From positions 22,816,001-22,880,000 of the forward strand of contig JAGIQG010000028.1 of NCBI GenBank assembly GCA_024679065.1: a stretch of 64,000 nt of DNA, given 5' to 3'. Under the pieces are notes generated by a model. The model ran no database searches, was not told where the DNA came from, and saw only the letters and a list, made by a program, of their open reading frames with translations. A program made the translations under genes and the position numbers. Positions 1 to 9,890 of this stretch are shown here, in pieces. Origin of the DNA: Sphyrna mokarran. Taxonomy: Eukaryota. The first letter of the stretch is position 1. Each line of letters opens with the position of its first letter.

Positions 1-630
1 TCTCATAATCTTGTACACCTCTATCAGATCTCCTCTAAGTCTATGTCTTTCTAAGGAAAACAGTCCCAATTTGCCTAATCGCTCCTCGTAACTCAGACCT
101 TCCATACCAGGCAGCATTCTGGTAAACCTCCTCTGCACTCTCTCCAGAGTTTCCACGTCCTTCCGGTAGCAGGGCGACCAGAACAGGACGCAGTATTCCA
201 AATGAGGTCGAACCAGCATTTTATACAACTGCAACGTAAAACATAAATATCCTTTGAGCTTTCCCCCTTACTTTAAGTGCATGCCCTCTAGAATTAGACA
301 TTTCACCTCTGGGAAAAAGATTCTGACTGTCAATCCTAGCTATACCTCTCATAGTTTTATAGACTTCTATCAGGTCTCCCCTCAGCCATGCCGCTCCACT
401 GCTTTCCCTCTCCCTATAGCTCATACCCTCTAATCCAGACAGCATCCTGGTAAACCTCTTCTGCACTCTTTCCAAAGCCTTCGCATCCTCCGTGTAATAT
501 GGCGACCAGAATTAAATGCAATTCTCTAAGTGAGACCTAACCAAAGTTTTATAAAACTGCAACATGACATCCTCGCTCTTGTACTCAATGCCCCGACCAA
601 TAAGGGGAAGCATGTCATACGCCTATTCTT
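1..630 (-). mobile_element. Two adjacent CR1/HER1-type LINE 3' fragments
   Basis: Minus-strand ORF 221..475 ERVQKRFTRMLSGLEGMSYRER...LRGDLIEVYK is typical CR1 ORF2 C-terminus; the same segment occurs again at 1-240. Confidence 0.85.
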
Positions 631-2149
631 TTTGAATCCCATCGCCAACATTTTCATTTCTGAAAATCCCCCCGCTCCATTCACCCCCTCACAATCCCCA
701 TCACTGACAGCGACCTAGCACCACTTCCCTCATCAACCACATCATTAGTTTTCCACTCACTATCACTGTGGACCGCTTTGCTCCTGCTTATCCACATTCC
801 AAGTGCTTATTCCCCAGTTAGGATACCAAACCACTGAAACATACGATAAATGAACTGTGGGTCACTCCAGTCCCACCCGCACCCGGAAGCATTTCGGTAC
901 CTCTCACCCAATGAGAAACATTTCAGATTTTGCAGAATGCCAACTCCGTCACCCCAATGAACCGCATCCCAGATGCTATTATATATCAGGATCCTCTATG
1001 GGAAAGGAGACTGAGCTCACCGGGAGTAGGACAGGGAAATTAGCACATCAGCAGCAGTATCCTGCACCATAGACTGGCTGTCTCTACATATACATGAAAT
1101 GGACAGTGCAGACAAAAGTGGATGCATCACTATATCTATCAATAGGACACAGCTGATTGTACTTGCTAACAGCACCGAAACTGTAATAAAGACATGATTA
1201 AATGACCATTGTCTGAAGACATTCCCTCTGTCTACTGCTAAAGTTTATGACATTACTGATGGAATGCCATTAAACATCTATTGTCTCGGGTTTACTCTTT
1301 GTATTATATGTAAATAATTTACTGGTGTGCAGGACTTAAAAGAAATTATCCTTACTAGAAGTGTAAGCAATATATTATGAAAAAAAGCTAACTGTACACA
1401 ATTGAGCAGAGTGGGTTGGAGAAGTCTTAGAAATTCTCCAGTTCTCTGCTCCTTACCGATAAGAAGGCAATAAAGGAAACATCACTCGCAAACGCTGTGT
1501 CTGAATATCTTTTGAGCACCAACACCTCAACTCTGGCATCTTTGCCACTAAATAGGTTTCACCTTCACCACTTTGCCACTCCCCCTCATTTTCCCCTGCT
1601 CCTTAGACCCCCCAACCCACAACTGGAGATATATATTAAAAAATCAATCGCTGGAGCATCTTATAGAAAGTTTAAATGTTGTCTCGTTTTGAGCTATGGA
1701 CCTCCCCTGGCTCTTCTGATCCTGTGACAAATTCTCACTGCCATTCTGCTGCAATTCAGCCTCCGAGACTGACAGAAGTGAAGTGATGGCCATGAAGAAG
1801 GTTTTGGACAACGTGTTATTCAATGATTCCAGGTGTAGGTTGTTACAGCTGACTGCAGGAGCAAGTTTCAAGTCATGAAATACAGGGTGAAATTCAGGTT
1901 AGGGGCACTTTGACAGAAGTATGTGTGTCAGCCAAACTGTATTTTCCCTTTGAAGGTCTTGTTACAAAGTGTTTGCCCCTAATAATAGGTGACATACAAC
2001 AATGTATAGGCTGAACAATTAAAAAATGTTATTCTCTTGAGTCTCAGTAGCTTTATCCAGAAAGATACTATGAAAACAAAGAAGGTACAAATTTGTTCCA
2101 CTCTATCTGTTTATATAAAGAGGTCTTCTGGCTGGAGCTCTGGGTTCAG

Positions 2150-2414
2150 GTCCCACATTGTCCCAACGTCCCAACATTGTCTACCTGATACACTGCAGGA
2201 AAGAATATCCCGAGACGTGGTACACTGGTAAGACCATGCAGATGCTACGACAATGGATGAATGAACACTGCTCGACAATCACCAGGCAAGATTGTTCCCT
2301 TCTTGTTGGCGAACACTTCAATGGTCATGGGCATTCGGCCTCTGATCTTCAGGTAAACATTCCCCAAGACAGCCTTCACGATATACAACAGCGCAGAGTC
2401 GCTGAGCAGAAACT
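2150..2414 (+). mobile_element. Penelope-like element GIY-YIG endonuclease fragment
   Basis: NIVYLIHC...WYTGKT...LRQWMNEH...VGEHFN...H...RRVAEQKL follows the PLE GIY-YIG pattern; no RT present; abuts a V-SINE fragment. Confidence 0.75.
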
Positions 2415-2789
2415 GAGCGTCCGGAGGAAACCCACGCAGACACGGGGAGAACGTGAATCATCACAGTTCCATATCAATCTGAAACTCTCACATGGTGCAT
2501 GGCCCCTGGAGGTGGGGACACAGAACCACCAACCAATTTCACAACACAGAATGGAGGTCATTCGGTCCATCGTGCCCATGCTGGCACTTTGAGAGAGCTG
2601 TTCCAATTCGTCCCACTCTTTCCCCATTGAGAAGGACAAGAAATATTGGAAACAGCAGCGATTTTTTTTTATTAATACAGCGCTCGGTGGGATCTGATAT
2701 TGAAACAACTCGATGATACCACCTGGTGTTGAAACCATATTACAGGCTGTCCTAGTCTTGAGGTTGTTTTTACCCGGGACTCGCGTTCA

Positions 2790-3400
2790 TGCTGCAGGAC
2801 TGAGCTTAGGACTGAGCTTAGGACTTAGCAAGGTGGCGATGGGAACCCCGCCCCTTGAGGGCAGGAGGAGGGGGGAATGCAGCTGTAACCCCGCCCCTTG
2901 AGGGCAGAGGTGTCGTGTTAACACCGCCCCTTGAGGGCCGAGCGCCTGCTGTAACTCCGCCCCTTAAGGGCCGGACGCACGCGCGTCAATAACGAGCCGA
3001 ACCCAGACGCTAGTCAAAATCGATACGCATGCGCTGATGCCCCTGTCCGGCGCGCCGTGCTGGTCTCGGAAATGTGCGCAGGCGCAAACGGGAGCGGGAG
3101 CGCGGGAGGACTAGCGGGAGCGCTGGAAGACTTGCGGGAGCGAGGGAGGTCTGGCCGGGGAGAGAGAAAGAGAGAGACAGCGAAGAGGTGGCGGCGGAGG
3201 CGAAGACAGGGGCCTGTCACTGAGGGTGAGGATGCGGAGGCTGCGAGCATGGAGACCCTGAAAGTGAAGGACAGGATTCTGGAGAACATCTCGCTGTCGG
3301 TGAAGCAGGTGAGAGGCCGGAGCCGGGCAGCACCTTCCTCAGCCCAGCCCGGGTCTGGTAGAGCCGGGCGGGATCCGTGAACCTGCGCTGAGTGTTGGTG
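2790..3400 (+). promoter_or_regulatory. CpG-rich promoter / 5' region of PLEKHM2 (GC boxes, NRF1-like and ETS-like sites)
   Basis: Abrupt GC/CpG enrichment around the first coding exon; four CCGCCCC GC boxes (2844-2971); NRF1-like ACGCATGCGC (3025-3034) and TGCGCAGGCGCA (3075-3086); ETS-like CGGAAAT (3067-3073); no obvious TATA box. Confidence 0.8.
3249..3308 (+). CDS. PLEKHM2: PLEKHM2 (SKIP) coding exon 1
   Basis: Strong Kozak AGCATGG; METLKVKDRILENISLSVKQ matches the recalled human N-terminus MEPGEVKDRILENISLSVKK; donor GTGAGA at 3309, phase 0. Confidence 0.95.
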
Positions 3401-4966
3401 CTCCCGGCCTGGCAGGGTGTTGTGTACAGAGAGAGCTGGGCACCAACCCCCTTCTATTTCACTCTGCTGGATTCCTGCCTCCTGTCCCACCTTCTCCACA
3501 TAAACTGCAAACTAGTCTCCAGTAAATAACTGGAAGATCCATCTTCCATCCACCGGTGGAAACAGGATCCATGATTGGATTGATGGGCTGAATGGCCTTT
3601 AAATGTTCTTGGCTTAATTCTGTGGCTACAGTAGTCTTAAAAAAGGCTACCTCTGTCAAAGGTTGGCAAACCGACCAGGGATGATTAGGAAAAAGATCCA
3701 ATTCTAAATCTCAATTAAAAGGTTCCTTAATCCAACTCTAAATCTTAATTTTGAATCGGATGAAGGAATTTTTAAATTTTCATTTGTATGACTTCTAACT
3801 GCCCATGTTTGTCATTGGCCATAAGTCTTTATTTAGGTGTTAAATGGCAATGATTAAATGATGTTAATTATTGCCATTGAAATAAATTGCAGCAATGCTG
3901 GTTTAAGATGTATTAAGTGTTATAGATCAGTTGCTTTGGTAGTGGTTTCTCACAGTGATGGCTTTGTAATGTGTGGTCAAAGATAAGGAATGGGAGATGC
4001 ATCCTTTGTCATGTTAATGTTGGCATCACTCATCATAATGATGCTTGTTAACATTTCTGCACGCTAATTAATGGTACAATATTGGTTTTAACAATGCTGT
4101 TTAATTTGCCCTTTTAAGCCCCAAGATGTGTGAGTTAGGTGGATGGGCCATGCTAACTTGCACTTTAGTGTCCAAGATGTATAGGTTAGATGGATGTGTC
4201 ATTGGAAATGCAGTAAGAAATCTGACAACACCAGGCATCTCCACACCATTGGAAATGCACAGGGTTACGGGGTTGGGTGGGGGTGGGAATGGGGGCCTTG
4301 GGTGGGATACTGGTGCAGTCTTGATGGACTAAATGGCTTCATTCTGCACTTGTAGGTATTTTAATATATGGACAGTGTGAATAAGAAGTGCTTTTGAATT
4401 GGTTAGTAGAAACCACTCTGCAGGCTTATGGTTTCCCACCCATGATTTAGAGCGGGCAAATTGTGTGAACAACCGACTGACTAGAAGTGGGGGGGGGGCT
4501 GTACCCTGTCCAGATAATTGGAAACTTTTTGTGTAGCTCCTTCACATATTGTACATCGTATTGACAACTTTTGAAGTGAAGGTTGGGTGCTGGACAGTAG
4601 AATGCCATCAGTCATCTTGGTTCCACAGTTGACTTGGAATTCTTTTGTGAGGAATGTTAATGTTTTAGATGGGAGACTTTCTACTTTAAGCACCCATTGT
4701 CAGCATCAAGCAGGCTCGGGTTAGGTACAGAACAGGTTAGATACAGAATAAAGATTCTCTGACACTGCTCGTTCCGAGGTCTGTCCAGCTCAGTGTGGGC
4801 TAGTTTGAGAATAAAGTTCCATTTGCGCTTCAGCATCAAATGTTGTCAAATCAGTTATTGCATTGTTAGATCCAAAACTGCCAAATACATAATGGATTAG
4901 TTCATGAAGCTTTCTTTACACTGTCCCTGTATGGGATGGTCCCAGAGATGAAAGACCACCATGAAA

Positions 4967-5287
4967 GGTGGCATGGTGGCATCATGGTTAGCACTGCTGC
5001 CTCACAGCACCAGGCACCCGGGTTCAATTCTGGCCTCAGGTCACTGTCTATGTGGAGTTTGCACATTCTCCCTGTGTTTGCGTGTGTTTCCTGTGGATGC
5101 TCTGGTTTTCTCCCATACTCCAAAGTTGTGCAAGTTAGGTTGATTGGCCATGATAAGTTGACTCTAATGTCAGGAGATTAGCAGGATAAATATGTTGAGT
5201 TAAGGGGATAGGGCTTGAGTGGCGATTATGGTCGGTGAAGACTTGATGTGCTGAATGGTCTCCTTCTATACTGTGGGGGTTCTGTGG
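4967..5287 (+). mobile_element. tRNA-derived V-SINE (HE1-like), tail A
   Basis: tRNA-like head TGGTTAGCACTGCTGCCTCACAG...GGGTTCAATTC, V-domain GTGGAGTTTGCACATTCTCCC..GTTTCC, CR1-like tail. Confidence 0.85.
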
Positions 5288-8200
5288 TGCTAAAAATGCC
5301 TAAATTAGGTTTGGTTTTCCATTGAATGCTTCCTCTTTGGCAGGGATTTAATTTTTATATGTTAAAAACTCTCTGCCTCTTAACTTCATTTGGGGACAAA
5401 CAACTTAGGTTTTGTAATCTGAATGCCATTGCCCCACCCCCAGAGCCACCAGCAAACATCTAAACCCCTACACAAAGATGAGAAACACTAGCCCTGTGGG
5501 TATTGGACTTGGAGATGTGGTTTTTTACTCTTGCTGGTGATTTTTTTTTTTGTTTTATGATCTGTCATCATATTTAAACAACATTGCTGTTTGCTATCCA
5601 CCCTCTACTAGTGCCCAAGAGTGAATGTGTCGCATTGTGATCTGTACTAACCGGTAAAGCTCTGGTTTCATTTCCTGATGTGTGTTATGCTTAACTGGTT
5701 CATGTCTTTAATAGCAGCAATATCCACATTTTGAAACATAGTTAACATATATAGTAACAATCCTGCGGAACACCCCTGTGCCGTTACACAGAAATACAGT
5801 TCCTAGGTTGAAATCAGGCAGTCTTAGAAATGTTCAGATGGAACAAAGAAATATCTGGAACAGCTGCTGGGAGCTGAATGCACATGTCCTCAAGCAGAGT
5901 CAGTCATGAGTTAGGTTCGTTTCTGCGTCAGTGTTGTATAGAAAAGCATTCTGAGAGGGAGAGATTTCTAAGCTTTACCTGTTTTAAAGGTCACTTGTCA
6001 ATCTGCAGACGTACACAACAGGTGAATGGCCTCCTTGAATTCGGGACATGGCGTCAGTGAACAGTTTTCTCCATTGACCATTGGTGCTATAATCTGACCT
6101 CATTTTGTATTGAGAAAAGCTGTTATTGCTGGGGTGACACTTGCCAATTTCCACCTCCCATACCTTGCTGGGAAATAGCTGTGTGAAGCTGGGTCTGTGT
6201 ATCGAAATCGAAATGAACTCCGTTGCCAAATAACATCTGTACGCATTGTAATCCGGAGTGTGAATAGTCTATTATAATACTCATTCTTAAACATTGTAGG
6301 CTCTGGCTATACGTGCACAATACTATAGGAGATCAGAACTAATTTTAAAATTAGCGAGTATAAATAGAGTGACATTAGAGTGAAGTATATGTGTTCCAAC
6401 TTGTGTGTATACAATTTTTGATTGTAACTTATTGATAACAAGGATAAATTTAGCAGCCTCGTGGAAGGAAGAAATTTGGAATTCATTGAAGAGTGGTTTG
6501 TATCAAAAAGATGAATGTAGGCTTCAATAACACTTTAGAAAGTGGATACAGATCCACTTATTTAACTAGATGCAGTAGCACTGGTGACTGCACATTCAGC
6601 AATTATTCTATACAGTTGAAAGATTTGTTCTTGAATATCTCTAACTGGAGAATAATAAGTAATGGGGCAAATCACAAGAAACTGGCCATTTGGCTTATAA
6701 AATCCATGTTGCAGTTTTTCCCCATCTGAGCCATCTAATCTGATTCAATCCCATTTTTTTCTTCACTCTCTGTTCGCTTCTGTATTCTTCTTTGGCAACA
6801 TCTGTCAGGTTTTTGTTTGAAGGAATTCATGGACTCTACTGCAATGGTTTCCATGAATTTCATCTTCCGGCCATATGCAACAAACTTATTTTTACACTCT
6901 CATCAGTCCTTTTTGTGACCATCTTAAAATAGCATGCACTCATTACTGTCCCAAATTAGTAGCAAGATTCCTGACACAATTTCTGTTACCATAACCTTCA
7001 AGACCCCTACTGAGTCTTCGCTTAATGTCAGTGCTCTCTCCAGTGTAGATAAAGACCAAAATTTCATGATTATCTCTTCATAACTGCAGTCCTTTATCTA
7101 TTATTAACATTCAATTGATCTATTTTAATAGGGTACCAAAATGATCCAATATTTCCAACTATACTCTTACTAAGCCTCAAACAAGTTTAACCTTGTACCA
7201 TTTTACTTTGGTCCAAACCCAATAATGCCATTAGATTTTAGTAGCCTTAAGTACTCGCACTGATCCCCTTTTAATGGACTAGGTATCTGCACTCCAAAGC
7301 TCCTCATCTCCCCTATTCCATTTAAAGATTTATAATTTAAGATGTATTTTCTTTTCACTGTCAAAGCTATTTATTTTTCTTGCACTGAACTGTACCACCA
7401 AAGGCTAAACTTCTCTTTAAGGAGCGCCATCATCACTTGAGTGCTCGCCATTAACATCTCAGCAGTCACCATTGGCTATTAGTAGCTTAGCTGGACCAGC
7501 TGTATCGACCTTGGTTACCAGAGGAGGGTACAAGCTGGATGATCTGGCTGGTGGCTCACGTCCTAACATCCCCAGGCCTATCTAACCTTGTCAAGCTTGA
7601 GTCCACAGGGTGATGAAATACTCGTAATTTGTCTAGATATACAGTATCTAAAGTACACAGCAGCAATATTCAAGAAACTTGACACTATCGTGGATGTGGA
7701 TAATCACTTGATTGGTGCCCTTGGATTGGTTTACATTATCTCCCCCATTGGTACACTGTCTGCCTCAGGATGTAACATCTTACTAAAAATTATTCCAGCT
7801 GTAACTCTCTGTCTTGTAGCCTCTAATACTATGAAAAACAATACTATAGGAATATCATCATCTTCGCATCTCCTTCCAGAATAGATTTTCCTGCTCCCAA
7901 CACCTAAGGAAATTAGATTCCCTGGGCATAGCAACTGCATAAGGTCCAGTTTAAACTTTCTTTCCATTTTTCAAGTAATTGAGATTGTAGGTTATTTTTG
8001 CCTGATTTTCCCTGTGTTTACTTAGCTCAGGCTCTTGAGTGCTGGTGAATTTAAACTAGTATCTTTAAGGAGCAGGACATCTGGAGATATCCTGTCAAAG
8101 AGATGTGCAATAGTATTTGTGAACCTTTCCTGGCAGCACTGAAACACTAGCATAGTTCTGGAGCATAATCCTAGCTCGTTAATAGTGAAATAAAAATAGA

Positions 8201-8949
8201 AAATGCTGGAAGTACACAACAGGTTTGATAGTATTTGAACAGGGGAAAAAAAAAGTCATGTCAACAGATCTGTTCTGTTTAGTTCCTGACAGACCTGCCC
8301 TGGATTTCCAGCATTCTCTGTTTTAATTTGGAATTTCTAACAATTGTTTGTTTTTAATCTTGGGTTTAAAATTAGCGAATATGAATAGAGTGACATTGGA
8401 TAAAGTATATGTGTTCCAACTTGTGTGTATATTGAGTGGGAAGTATTAGAGGAAAAACTGTCTTTCCACCTCTGCTAGTTTTCTATTGAATTGGACAGTA
8501 ATTGCATTAGTTATTAATGATCACAATAGCATTAGGCAGCGTCTGCTACTGTATGACGTTGTTTGAATGGTTTACTTCTTAGATACAGATCTTTTCTTTC
8601 TATTTAGTGAATTGACGGAAAACTGGCATTGTCAGAGGGGCGTGAAGGGGAAGAGAAAGGAGGAGGAGGTGTAGTAATAGCAATACCTGGAATCTACTTT
8701 ATCCCCAGTAGTTTCTGTGGCTTCTATCTCTCTCCTATTTACATGTGCAAAATTTTGGGGGAAATTACATTTGTTGTCTTATGCAAAAAGTAGTGTGTAG
8801 CAATGCAGGGCTTCTCAGAAATAGGAACTGGTAATGGGACAAGTACCGTACTAAAGATGACTCGAGAGTAGTTGTAAATGGCAGTGGTAAAATCATTCAC
8901 CAGCATCTGCCATGGTAATGATCTGACAATAAGCTCACCAATGTTGAGT

Positions 8950-9400
8950 ATCAAAGGCTGTAAAGTTGTCTATTTGAAAGCTGAGGTGCACTTCCTTGTG
9001 TTGAACATCATTTAGAATTGTGTGAAAAGCGAAGTTCAGAGTGGAGAGAGGATTAAAATGATCAACAGGCAGAAGTTGATGGAAATGTCTGCAGCAAATG
9101 GATCAGAATTATTCTGCAAACTGATCACTGTACTTTGTGGTTTCCCCAAAATAGAGGACACTGTTTTATGTGCAAGGTGCACGGTCCTCTAAATGGAAAG
9201 ATGTACAAGTCAATCAGTGTTTCATTCATCAGACGGTGTTTGGGGTTGTGGACAGTGCAGAGGGTAGGTGCTCTATCTCTTGCATTGGAAGGTGAAGGGG
9301 TATTGGATAATTGAAAAGTGAATCAGGGTTCGTTCTGCACAGATGCTACTTGACTTGCTGAGTACTTCCAATATTTTCTTTTTTTCAGATTCCCAGACTC
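8950..9400 (-). mobile_element. Decayed Penelope-like element fragment
   Basis: Resembles the reverse strand of PLE GIY-YIG DNA; adjacent to the pLTR-like motif CACAGATGCT..CTTGCTGAGTACTTCCA. Confidence 0.45.
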
Positions 9401-9556
9401 TGTTAGTTTTAATGGAACTAAGAAATTCTGTTTTTTTTTTAACGCCTGAATCAGAATTTTTAGCAAGATGTTTTTGGCCATGTGAAATCCAATCAGACAA
9501 AGGGCGGAATTTTCCCTATAAAAGTCTAAGTGCCGAATTGGTCTGAAAACTATATC

Positions 9557-9890
9557 CATAGAACCCTACAGTGCAGAAAGAGGCCTATCGGCCCAACGAG
9601 TTTGCATCAACTACAATTCCACCCAAGTCTACTCATGTATCTCTACGTATTTTACCTGCTAATCCCTCTAGTCTAAGCATCCTGGTACACTGAGGGGCAA
9701 TTTTTAGCATGGCCAATCAACCTAACCCACACGTCTTTGGACTGTGGGAGGAAACTAGAGCACCCAGAGGAAACCCATGTAAACACGAGGAGAATGTGCA
9801 AACTCAATACAGACAGTGACCTAAGTCGGGAATGAAACCCAGATCCCTGGAGCTGTGAAGCAGTAGTGCTAACCACTGTGCTACCGTGTC
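9557..9890 (-). mobile_element. HE1-like V-SINE, tail A, nested in a putative non-autonomous DNA element (about 9502-10410)
   Basis: Reverse complement of the SINE consensus; flanking element begins GGGCGGAATTTTCC at 9502. Confidence 0.8.

Noticed and set aside
2158-2592. 144-aa ORF as a domesticated GIY-YIG nuclease gene
   Set aside because: Non-ATG start, chimeric with SINE sequence from about 2415, degenerate motifs; a Penelope relic.
2844-2971. CRISPR-like repeat-spacer appearance
   Set aside because: Vertebrate promoter context, 19-bp repeats with only 14-24-nt spacers, no cas genes; better explained as a TF-site array.
3014-3499. 161-aa antisense ORF across PLEKHM2 exon 1
   Set aside because: Stop-codon depletion in GC-rich DNA; no recognisable homology.
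4967-5045. tRNA-like A/B-box sequences here and in other copies
   Set aside because: These are SINE heads continuing into the V-domain; no complete cloverleaf.
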